Assembly: GCA_031370785.1 (NCBI GenBank) | Contig: JANMQY010000056.1 | Coordinates: forward strand, 1-16,155 | Length of the DNA: 16,155 bases | DNA from: Candidatus Eiseniibacteriota bacterium | GTDB lineage: Bacteria; Eisenbacteria; RBG-16-71-46 | Reading direction: 5' to 3' | In this document: positions 8,769 to 16,155 of the stretch, in pieces | Position numbering within the stretch: position 1 is the stretch's first letter | Layout of the letters: every line of letters begins with the position of its first letter | Notes under the pieces: generated by a model | Seen by the model: the letters and a program-made list of their open reading frames with translations, nothing else | Databases searched by the model: none | Told to the model about the DNA's origin: nothing | Position numbers and translations under genes: made by a program

Positions 8769-9934
8769 TCGTCGCCGGCGAGCCGTCCGGCGACGCCCAC
8801 GCCGCCCGCCTGGTGTCCGCGCTGCGCGAGCGCGGACCCTGCCTGGTGCGCGGAGTGACCGGCCCGGCGCTCGAGGCTGTCGGCGCCGAGCGCGTGGTTT
8901 CGATGGACCAGCTGTCGGTGCTGGGCTTCACCGCCGTGATCGCACGGCTGCCGCAGCTGTGGCGCGCGTACCGTCGCGTGCTCGACGAGGCCGGACGCCT
9001 GCGCCCGGATGCCTGTGTGCTGGTGGACTCTCCGGGGTTCAACCTGCGTCTCGGGCGCGAGCTCAAGCGCCGCGGATTCCGCGTCTTCTATTACATTGCC
9101 CCGCAGGTATGGGCATGGCATCCCGAGCGCGCCGCAGAGATGGGGAAGTGGGTGGACGAGCTGGCGGTGGTCTTTCCTTTCGAAGAGGCACTCTTTCGCG
9201 AGGCCGGAGTGAACGCGACGTTCGTCGGCCATCCGTTGATGGACGCGCTGTCTCCCGAGGTGGAGGAGGCGCAGCTGCGGGCCGAGCTCGGGATCGGGCC
9301 GGAGAGGCGCATCGTCGGACTCCTGCCCGGGAGTCGGCCCGGCGAGATCCATCATCACGTTCCCGATCTGATGCGCGGCGCCCGACTGCTGGGGCAGGGT
9401 CGACCGGATCTCACGTTCGTCCTCGCGCTTCCCGCCCGACGCGGCTCGCCCGACGCTGCGGTCGGGCCCGCCGACCCGGAGGTGCGAGAACTGTCCGGCT
9501 TCGAAGCACGCGCAGATGGCGGTGGATCCCGCCATCCATCGTGCTGGATGGTGCGTGGCCGCACCCATGCGGTCGAGTCCTTTGCGAGCGCATGTGCGGT
9601 GGCCTCAGGCACCGCGACGCTCGAGACCGCGGTGTTCGGCACGCCGCTCGCGATCGTGTTCAAGACCGGCGCGTTCAACTACGCGATCGCCAGGCGCATG
9701 GTCACGCTCCGGCGGATTGGTTTGCCGAACATCGTGACCGGACAGGACGTTGCCCCGGAGCTGATCCAGCATGAGTTCACCCCGGAGCGCCTCGCCGCCA
9801 CGCTCGCGCCATGGCTCGACGATCCCGTCGCACACGCGCGCCAGGTCGCGCTGCTGACGCAGGTGCGCGCGAAGCTCGGGGCGCCGGGCGCGTCGGTAAG
9901 AGCCGCGGCGCGGTTGTGGGAGATGAGCGCGTGA
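8741..9934 (+). CDS. lpxB: Lipid-A-disaccharide synthase
   Basis: IVAGEPSGD, LSVLGF, VDSPGFN, YYIAPQVWAW, FPFE, FVGHPL, LLPGSRPGE, ASGTATLE, IGLPNI, PELIQ. Overlaps the upstream gene by 28 nt. Confidence 0.96.
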   Translation: MGHADRRFLIVAGEPSGDAHAARLVSALRERGPCLVRGVTGPALEAVGAERVVSMDQLSVLGFTAVIARLPQLWRAYRRVLDEAGRLRPDACVLVDSPGFNLRLGRELKRRGFRVFYYIAPQVWAWHPERAAEMGKWVDELAVVFPFEEALFREAGVNATFVGHPLMDALSPEVEEAQLRAELGIGPERRIVGLLPGSRPGEIHHHVPDLMRGARLLGQGRPDLTFVLALPARRGSPDAAVGPADPEVRELSGFEARADGGGSRHPSCWMVRGRTHAVESFASACAVASGTATLETAVFGTPLAIVFKTGAFNYAIARRMVTLRRIGLPNIVTGQDVAPELIQHEFTPERLAATLAPWLDDPVAHARQVALLTQVRAKLGAPGASVRAAARLWEMSA

Positions 9935-10596
9935 GCGTCAAGCGCAGGCTCTGGTGGATGCCACTCGCCGCAGCGATGGGCGCGGGCTTCCTGCGCCTGC
10001 TTGGAGCGACCTGGCGGATCGACCGTTCCGGAATGCGCGAGAGCGACGAGGCGATCGCCGCCGGGCGGCCCACCATCTTCGCGCTGTGGCACGCGCGGCT
10101 GTTGCCGCTGATCTACACCCATCGCGGGCGCGGAGTCGGAGTGCTGGTCAGCCGCCATCACGACGGCGAGATCATCGCGCGCATCATCGAAAAGCTCGGC
10201 TACGTCGCCGCGCGCGGATCGAGCACACGCGGAGGGGACGAGGGCATGCGCGAGATGCTGGCGCACGCCGCGGGCGGCGACTGCCTCGCGGTGACTCCGG
10301 ATGGCCCGCGAGGGCCGGCCGAGCGCGTGAAGGCGGGCGTCGCCTACCTCGCGAGCCGGACCGGCATGCCGATCACTCCGGTCGCAGCGGCCGCGTCGAG
10401 GGCGCACCGCTTCCAGTCGTGGGACCGCTTCCTGCTGCCGCTTCCATTCTCGCGGGTGGTGGTCGAGTGCGGCGAGCCGATCGCGGTGCCGCCTCAGCTC
10501 GAGCTCGAAGCGCTCGAGCCGTGGCGCGAGCGAATCGAACGCGCGATCGGCGAGGCCAGCGCGGCGGCGGTCAGGCGCGCGGGAGAGCGCCCATGA
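9931..10596 (+). CDS. DUF374 / lysophospholipid acyltransferase-family protein (LpxJ-like secondary lipid A acyltransferase)
   Basis: FALWH, LVSRHHDGE, RGSSTRGG, TPDGPRGP, SWDRFLLPLPFSR. GTG 9931 overlaps the lpxB stop (GTGA). 221 aa. Confidence 0.85.
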   Translation: MSVKRRLWWMPLAAAMGAGFLRLLGATWRIDRSGMRESDEAIAAGRPTIFALWHARLLPLIYTHRGRGVGVLVSRHHDGEIIARIIEKLGYVAARGSSTRGGDEGMREMLAHAAGGDCLAVTPDGPRGPAERVKAGVAYLASRTGMPITPVAAAASRAHRFQSWDRFLLPLPFSRVVVECGEPIAVPPQLELEALEPWRERIERAIGEASAAAVRRAGERP

Positions 10597-11855
10597 GCGT
10601 GTTCTGGTCGGCGTACCGGATGTTCGCACCGGCGCTCGGTGCGCTTGCCCCGGCGGCGCGCATGTTCACCTCTCCCCAGGAGCGTCCGCTGTGGGGCGAG
10701 CGCCTCGGGCGCGTGACGCTTCCCGGTGGCTGTGATGCGTGGGTGCATGCCGCCTCGCTCGGCGAGGCGGTGGCGGCTCGTCCGCTGATCGCGGAGCTGC
10801 GCGCGCTCGCCCCGACGGCTCCGCTCTACCTGACCGCCACCACCCGCACCGGCCGCGCGCGCCTGCAGGGCCTGGGCGCCACGGCAACGCTCGCGCCCAT
10901 CGATTCGCCGCAGGCAGTGGCGAGATTCTTCGCCGGGATCCAGCCGCGCCGGGTGTTCATCGTTGAGACCGAGCTGTGGCCGCACTGGCTGATGCAGGCG
11001 CGCACCGCCCGGGTGCCGGTCGCGATCGTGAGCGCGCGGCTCTCGGAGAAGTCGGTCAAGTCCTACCTCCGGCTGGGCGAGGGACTGCGCGAGCTGGTCC
11101 AGGGTCTCTCCGCGGTGCTGTGCCAGGGCGAGGAGGACCGGCGGCGCTGGGTCGCAATCGGCGCCGAGCCGGATCGCACCGTCGTGGTCGGCAACCTCAA
11201 GGCCGACGCGCTGCCGTCGCAGACGCCGAGCCGGCAGACCGCGCGCGCCGCGCTCGGTCTGGCTCCGCTGCGTCCGCTGCTCGTACTGGGCAGCGTGCGC
11301 CCGGGCGAGGTGCGGGTGGTGGCGCGCGCCTGGAAGGCGCTGCCCGAAGCCCTGCGCTACGAGTGGCAGGTGGCGGCGGTGCCTCGCCACGCGCGGGCGA
11401 ATCGCGATCTTCTCGAGGAGGCCGGGGAGTCCGGCATCCGTATCGCACGTTTCGGGCGCGACGCCGACGCCCTGGATCGGTGGCGCTGGGACGATCGGGC
11501 CGGCGTGCTCAACGACTATTACGCCGCGGCCGACGTCGCATTCGTCGGCGGCTCGCTGAGGCCGTATGGCGGACACAATCCGCTCGAGCCGGCCGCGTGC
11601 GGCGCAGCGGTCATCACTGGATTGCATCACGCCTCGCAGGCCGACGCGGTCGGCGCGCTGCTCGCGGGGAGCGCGGTGCGCGTGGTCGAGGATCGGGAAG
11701 GGCTAACCGAGGTGTTTACGATTCTGCTTGGCGATCCCAGGGCGCGCGCCATTCAGAGCGCGGCCGGTCTGCGGGTGGTGGCCGCTCTGCGCGGCGCCGC
11801 GCGGCGCGCGGTGCAGCAGCTCGCGACCCGGCACCTGTGGCCGGTGGGCACATGA
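10593..11855 (+). CDS. waaA: 3-deoxy-D-manno-octulosonic acid (Kdo) transferase
   Basis: ERLG, WVHAASLGE, ETELWP, ARLSEKS, GNLK, VPRH, AFVGGSL..GGHNPLEPAA. ATG 10593 overlaps the upstream stop (ATGA). 420 aa. Confidence 0.93.
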   Translation: MSVFWSAYRMFAPALGALAPAARMFTSPQERPLWGERLGRVTLPGGCDAWVHAASLGEAVAARPLIAELRALAPTAPLYLTATTRTGRARLQGLGATATLAPIDSPQAVARFFAGIQPRRVFIVETELWPHWLMQARTARVPVAIVSARLSEKSVKSYLRLGEGLRELVQGLSAVLCQGEEDRRRWVAIGAEPDRTVVVGNLKADALPSQTPSRQTARAALGLAPLRPLLVLGSVRPGEVRVVARAWKALPEALRYEWQVAAVPRHARANRDLLEEAGESGIRIARFGRDADALDRWRWDDRAGVLNDYYAAADVAFVGGSLRPYGGHNPLEPAACGAAVITGLHHASQADAVGALLAGSAVRVVEDREGLTEVFTILLGDPRARAIQSAAGLRVVAALRGAARRAVQQLATRHLWPVGT

Positions 11856-12814
11856 GCGCCTGGCTGCGGGCCGCGGGCGCAGTGAGCGCAGCGGTGTGGG
11901 AGTCGCGGCGTCGCCTCTATGAAGTCGGGGCGCTGCGTCCGCACCGCGTGCCGGCGCGGGTGGTCAGCATCGGCAATCTCACCCTGGGAGGGACGGGCAA
12001 GACCACGCTCGCGATCCATCTGGCCCATCTCGCGGAGCGCTCGGGGCTCGCGCACGCGGTGGTGTGTCGTCGCTATCGCCCGGGACCCGGTGGTTTCGGC
12101 GACGAGGAGCGATTGTTCCAGAGCGCGTTGGGCGAAAGCCGGGTCCTTGCGGGGACGAACAAGCGCGAGCTGGCGGGCAGGGCCGCGGCTGCGGGCGCGA
12201 AACTGGTGCTGGTCGACGACGGCTTCTCGCACTGGGCGCTCGAGCCGGATCTGAACGTGGTGCTTCTCGACTCGCAGGACCTGTGGGGCGGCGGGCGGCT
12301 CCTGCCGGCGGGACGCCTGCGCGAGCCGCGCCGCGCCCTGCAGCGCGCGGACGTGGTCGTGATCTCGCGGCTTGGCCCGGGCGAGAGTCCGGAGAGACAG
12401 CTCGCCGAAGCGAGGCGCTACGCCCCGGCGGCGCTGCTGGCCGCGGGACGACACCGAGTTGCCGGAGCGCGCGCACTCGATGGCGTGACCCGGCCGGCGG
12501 CGGGTCGGGCGCGGGTGGTGACCGCGACCGGAAATCCGAACGCGGTGGCGCGCAGCGCCGCCGAAGCCGGATTCGAGGTGACCGCGCTCTCGGCGTACCG
12601 TGATCACCACTGGTTTGGGGTGGGTGAGGCGCGGGCCGAGCTCGAGGCCGCAGTGCGCGACCGGGCGGTGCTGTTGCTCACCGCCAAGGACGCGGTGCGC
12701 TGGCCGGCGGCGGCCGCCGCTGCGCACGTTGTGGTGCTCGAAGTGGAATGGGAATGGGTCGAGGGAGGCGAGCGCGTGGAGCGCCGGGTGATGGGCATCG
12801 AGGAACGGCCATGA
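11852..12814 (+). CDS. lpxK: Tetraacyldisaccharide 4'-kinase
   Basis: VVSIGNLTLGGTGKT (P-loop), GDE, VDDGFSH, LLPAGRLREP, RDHH, TAKDAVR. ATG 11852 overlaps the waaA stop. 320 aa. Confidence 0.92.
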   Translation: MSAWLRAAGAVSAAVWESRRRLYEVGALRPHRVPARVVSIGNLTLGGTGKTTLAIHLAHLAERSGLAHAVVCRRYRPGPGGFGDEERLFQSALGESRVLAGTNKRELAGRAAAAGAKLVLVDDGFSHWALEPDLNVVLLDSQDLWGGGRLLPAGRLREPRRALQRADVVVISRLGPGESPERQLAEARRYAPAALLAAGRHRVAGARALDGVTRPAAGRARVVTATGNPNAVARSAAEAGFEVTALSAYRDHHWFGVGEARAELEAAVRDRAVLLLTAKDAVRWPAAAAAAHVVVLEVEWEWVEGGERVERRVMGIEERP

Positions 12815-14448
12815 GCGCGCCGGACGTGCTGGTGCTGGGGAGTGGCATCGCCGGGCTCCTGACCGCGCTCGGCGCGGCCGAGCACGGAACGGTGCTGATC
12901 GTGACCAAGAAGCGCGCCGAAGACTCCAACACCAACTGGGCGCAGGGCGGGATCGCCGCGGTGTTCGATCCGCGCGACTCGTTCGCGGCTCACGAGCGCG
13001 ACACCCTGCGCTGCGGCGCCGGACTGTGCGACCGCGAGATCGTGCGCCAGGTGGTGCACGAGGGGCCGCAGCTCGTGCGCGAGCTGGAGGCGATGGGCGT
13101 CGAGTTCAGCGCCGGCCGCCGCGGCTACGCGCTCGGGCGCGAGGGCGGGCACTCGGGCCGGCGCATCGTGCACGCCACCGACTTCACCGGGCGCGCCATC
13201 GAGCAGACCCTCATCGAGCGCGTGCGCAAGCATCCGCGGATCCGCATGCTCGAGAACCAGCTCGCGCTCGACCTGATCCTCGATTCGCGCCTGCGCGGCC
13301 GGGGGAAGGGTCCCGACGCGTGCTGGGGAGCCTACGTCATGGATCGCGCGACCGGGCGGATCGGTCCGCTGACCGCGGCCGTGACCGTGCTCGCAACCGG
13401 CGGCAGCGGGAAGGCGTACCTCTACACCACCAATCCGGACATCGCGACCGGCGATGGCCTCGCGATGGCGTACCGAGCCGGAGTTCCGGTCGAGAACCTC
13501 GAGTTCGTTCAGTTCCATCCGACCTGTCTCTACCATCCTGGCGCGAAGTCGTTCCTGCTCAGCGAGGCGTTGCGCGGCGAGGGGGCGGTGCTTCGCACCC
13601 TCGACGGCACGCGCTTCATGCCGTCCTACCATCCGCTCGCGGATCTCGCGCCGCGCGACGTGGTGGCGCGCGCCATCGATCGCGAGATGAAGCGCCGGGG
13701 CGAGCCGTACGTGCTGCTCGACATGACCCATCGTCCGTCCGCGCGGGTGCGTGAGCGCTTCCCCAACATCACGGCCGCGTTGCGTCGATTTGGGTTCGAC
13801 CTCACCCGGGAGCCGGTTCCGGTCGTGCCCGCGGCGCACTACATGTGCGGAGGAGTTGAGGCCACGCTCGGGGGCCGCACCTCGCTTCGCGGACTGCTGG
13901 CGCTCGGCGAGGTGGCGTGCACCGGACTGCATGGCGCGAATCGGCTGGCCAGCAATTCACTGCTCGAGGCGCTGGTCGGCGCGCATCGGGCGGTGGGCGA
14001 GGTCGAGCGCCGGCTCGGTCAGGTCGCGCGCGTGCCTCGTGCCCAGCCGTGGTCCGCGCGCGGAACGCGCCCGCCGCTCGAGACTGTGGTGTTCGACCAC
14101 AACTGGGACGGGGTGCGGCGCGTGATGTGGGACCTGGTCGGCATCGTGCGCACCGACGAGCGGCTGCGTTCCGCCGCGCGCCGCCTTGCGCTGTTCGCGG
14201 AGGAGATCGAGGAGGAGTACGACCGCCTGCGCCTGTCGCCGGATCTCATCGAGCTGCGCAATATCGCGCTGGTCGGCCGCCTGATCGTGGCCTCGGCGCG
14301 CCGCCGGCGCGAGAGTCGCGGGCTGCACTACAACCTCGACCATCCGCGACCGCGCGCCGCGTTCGCCGGGCGCCCCACCGTGCTGCGGCCCGCGAAGCGC
14401 CGCGCGCGCCGGGGCCGCCTTGCCGGTGTCGCGGGAAGCAACCTATAG
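12811..14448 (+). CDS. nadB: L-aspartate oxidase
   Basis: FAD-binding VLVLGSGIAGL, SNTNWAQGGIAA, REGGHSGRRIVH, EFVQFHPT, LSEALRGEG, LAPRDVVARAI, HYMCGG, GEVACTGLHGANRLASNSLLE, RESRGLH. ATG 12811 overlaps the lpxK stop. 545 aa. Confidence 0.94.
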   Translation: MSAPDVLVLGSGIAGLLTALGAAEHGTVLIVTKKRAEDSNTNWAQGGIAAVFDPRDSFAAHERDTLRCGAGLCDREIVRQVVHEGPQLVRELEAMGVEFSAGRRGYALGREGGHSGRRIVHATDFTGRAIEQTLIERVRKHPRIRMLENQLALDLILDSRLRGRGKGPDACWGAYVMDRATGRIGPLTAAVTVLATGGSGKAYLYTTNPDIATGDGLAMAYRAGVPVENLEFVQFHPTCLYHPGAKSFLLSEALRGEGAVLRTLDGTRFMPSYHPLADLAPRDVVARAIDREMKRRGEPYVLLDMTHRPSARVRERFPNITAALRRFGFDLTREPVPVVPAAHYMCGGVEATLGGRTSLRGLLALGEVACTGLHGANRLASNSLLEALVGAHRAVGEVERRLGQVARVPRAQPWSARGTRPPLETVVFDHNWDGVRRVMWDLVGIVRTDERLRSAARRLALFAEEIEEEYDRLRLSPDLIELRNIALVGRLIVASARRRRESRGLHYNLDHPRPRAAFAGRPTVLRPAKRRARRGRLAGVAGSNL

Positions 14449-14462
14449 TCGCCGCGGACTTC

Positions 14463-14470
14463 GAGGGAGG
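14463..14470 (+). promoter_or_regulatory. Ribosome-binding site for the 14479 gene
   Basis: GAGGGAGG 8 nt upstream of GTG 14479. Confidence 0.65.
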
Positions 14471-14478
14471 CGCGAGCG

Positions 14479-14916
14479 GTGAACGATGCGAAGTGGTCGT
14501 TCTGGGACGTGGTGGACCTGCTGAGGCAGCGGGACGGTCGCTTTCGCCGCGAAGCGTACGGCTTCGTCGTCGCCGCGCTCGGCGCCACGGTCGAGGCCCT
14601 GCCGCCCGATCGCCTTTCGGATCCGGAGCGACGCCACCTGAGCGGGCGCGAGCTGGTGGAGGGAACGGTGGCCCTCGCGCGGCGTGAGTTCGGTCCGCTC
14701 GCCCCGATGGTGTTTCGCGAATGGGGCGTGACCCGGAGCGAGGACATCGGCGTGATCGTGTTCCAGCTGGTCGAAGCCGGGCAGTTGAGCGCGCGTCACG
14801 AGGACACGCTCGAGGATTTTCGCGGCGGAAGCGAGCTGCTCGAGGCGCTCGGCGAGGTCCGGGGGTCGGATGCGCCTCCTGCCGACCCCGCCGCCCGGCC
14901 CGGCCGCGCCGAATGA
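14479..14916 (+). CDS. Uncharacterised Minf_1886-family protein
   Basis: The pattern DGRF..EAY.FV..AL, RHLSGREL, FGPLA..VF..WG....DIG.IVF.LVEAG.L....EDTLEDF matches my recollection of the Planctomycetes/Verrucomicrobia-enriched Minf_1886 family. Strong SD and host-like codon usage. Confidence 0.75.
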   Translation: MNDAKWSFWDVVDLLRQRDGRFRREAYGFVVAALGATVEALPPDRLSDPERRHLSGRELVEGTVALARREFGPLAPMVFREWGVTRSEDIGVIVFQLVEAGQLSARHEDTLEDFRGGSELLEALGEVRGSDAPPADPAARPGRAE

Positions 14917-14941
14917 TCGAGAGCGCAGCGGGCCCGCACTC

Positions 14942-16155
14942 GTGAGCACCTATCTGCGGCTGCTCCGCTATCTCCGGCCGTATCGCGGGCGGATGGTCGC
15001 CGCACTGCTGTGCATGGCGCTCTACGCCGCGACCTCGGTGTTCTCGGTGAGCGCGGTCTCGCCGGCGATGCAGGTGTTGTTCGCCCGCCCCGAGCCCAAC
15101 GCGCCCTCGGCTCCGGCCGAGGTCAGTGCGTTGCGCTGGCTCCCGGCGCCGGTGCGCGATCGCGCCGCGCGCGCGCTTCCGCTCGATCGACCGCTGATCG
15201 CGCTCGAGCGCCTGTGCGTGTTCGTGCTGGTGATGCTGCTGCTCAAGAACGCGGCCGACTACCTGCAGGCCTACCTCATGGTCTCGGTCGAACAGGCGGT
15301 GATCCGCGATCTGCGCAGCTCGCTGTACACGCATCTGCAGACCCTCTCGCTGACGTTCTTTCACGGGCAGCGTTCCGGAGCGCTGATCTCGAGGGTCACC
15401 AACGACGTCGAGTATCTGCGCGCGTCGATCGCCTCGAGCCTGAGCAACCTGGTCAAGGATGGACTCACCCTGCTCGGCCTGCTGGTGGTGCTGTTCGCGG
15501 CGTCGTGGCGACTGGCGCTGGTCTCGATGGTGATCGTGCCGCCGGCGGGGCTCGCGCTCGCCGCGATCGGACGCAAGATGCGCAAGCGCTCGGGCCAGGC
15601 GCAGGAGCGGATGGGCGAGCTGACCGGGATCCTGCAGGAAACGATCGCCGGAATCCGCGTGGTCAAGGCGTTCGGCATGGAGGCCTTCGAGGTGGGCCGC
15701 TTCCGGCAGGCCAACCAGCGCCAGACGCGCGCGTTGCTGCGCGTGCGGCGCCTGGGCGCGCTGGCGGTGCCGAGCGCCGAGATCCTCACCACGGCCGTGG
15801 TGGTGCTGGTGCTGTGGGTGGGCGCGCGCGAAATCTGAGGCACGCGCCACCTGGCGGCCAACGACTTCGTGGTGTTCTTCCTGGCGATGATGACGATGAT
15901 GAATCCGATCAAGAACCTCAGCAACATGAACACCCAGCTTCAAGAAGGCCTGCTGGGGGCCTCGCGCGTCTTCCGGCTGCTGGATACGCGCGAAGAACTG
16001 CCCGAACGCGCCGACGCCACGGCGCTCGCGACGCTGGGCGAGGGCGTGCGGGTGGAGGGGGTGAGCTTCCGGTACGGGAACGGCCCGCTGGTTCTCCAAG
16101 ATATCTCGATGGACGTGCGGCCCGGCGGCATCGTCGCGCTGGTCGGGCCTTCGGG
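14942..16155 (+). CDS. msbA: MsbA-like ABC exporter (TMD plus start of NBD), interrupted by in-frame TGA at 15836-15838; runs off the window end
   Basis: YLRLLRYLRPY, DLRSSLYTHL..L...FF, GALISRVTNDV, LQETIAGIRVVKAF. After the TGA the same frame gives TM6 (FVVFFLAMMTMMNPIKNLSN), ASRVFRLLD, VSFRY, VLQDISMDV and the start of Walker A (VALVGPS). The MsbA identity is inferred from family plus operon context. Confidence 0.8.

Noticed and set aside
9430..9545. Roughly 15-residue Gly/Pro/Ala-rich extra segment in LpxB
   Set aside because: It lies in a variable surface region, the frame is intact, and it has no intein, repeat or mobile-element features.
14449..14478. Possible terminator, riboswitch or ncRNA between genes
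   Set aside because: The largest gap is 30 nt and contains only an SD. No hairpin followed by a U-tract was seen at any junction.
15836..15838. Genome-wide UGA reassignment (code 4/25)
   Set aside because: TGA cleanly ends clpC, lpxD, lpxC-fabZ, the dehydrogenase, lpxB, DUF374, waaA and lpxK at expected lengths, and Trp is encoded by TGG throughout.

Overview
High-GC (roughly 70% by eye) bacterial DNA with one continuous, tightly packed + strand gene run: 3' part of clpC, bamA, skp, lpxD, fused lpxC-fabZ, lpxA, a Gfo/Idh/MocA dehydrogenase (GnnA-like), lpxB, a DUF374 (LpxJ-like) acyltransferase, waaA, lpxK, nadB, a Minf_1886-family small protein, and the 5' part of an MsbA-like ABC exporter. 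This is a core envelope locus carrying almost the whole Kdo-lipid A pathway plus OMP assembly. The lpxC-fabZ fusion and gene order suggest an FCB-related lineage (inference only). No mobile elements, RNA genes or CRISPR arrays were seen. Main oddities: (1) an in-frame TGA inside msbA with intact coding sequence after it; (2) no canonical in-frame start in front of the BamA signal peptide, and a non-aromatic BamA C-terminus; (3) a GnnA-like gene without gnnB, and no lpxH/lpxI/lpxG; (4) LpxA active-site substitutions; (5) nadB and an uncharacterised gene embedded in the lipid A operon; (6) a 10-codon ORF bridging two genes; (7) a codon-usage patch in clpC. All assignments come from motif recognition by eye; no searches were run.
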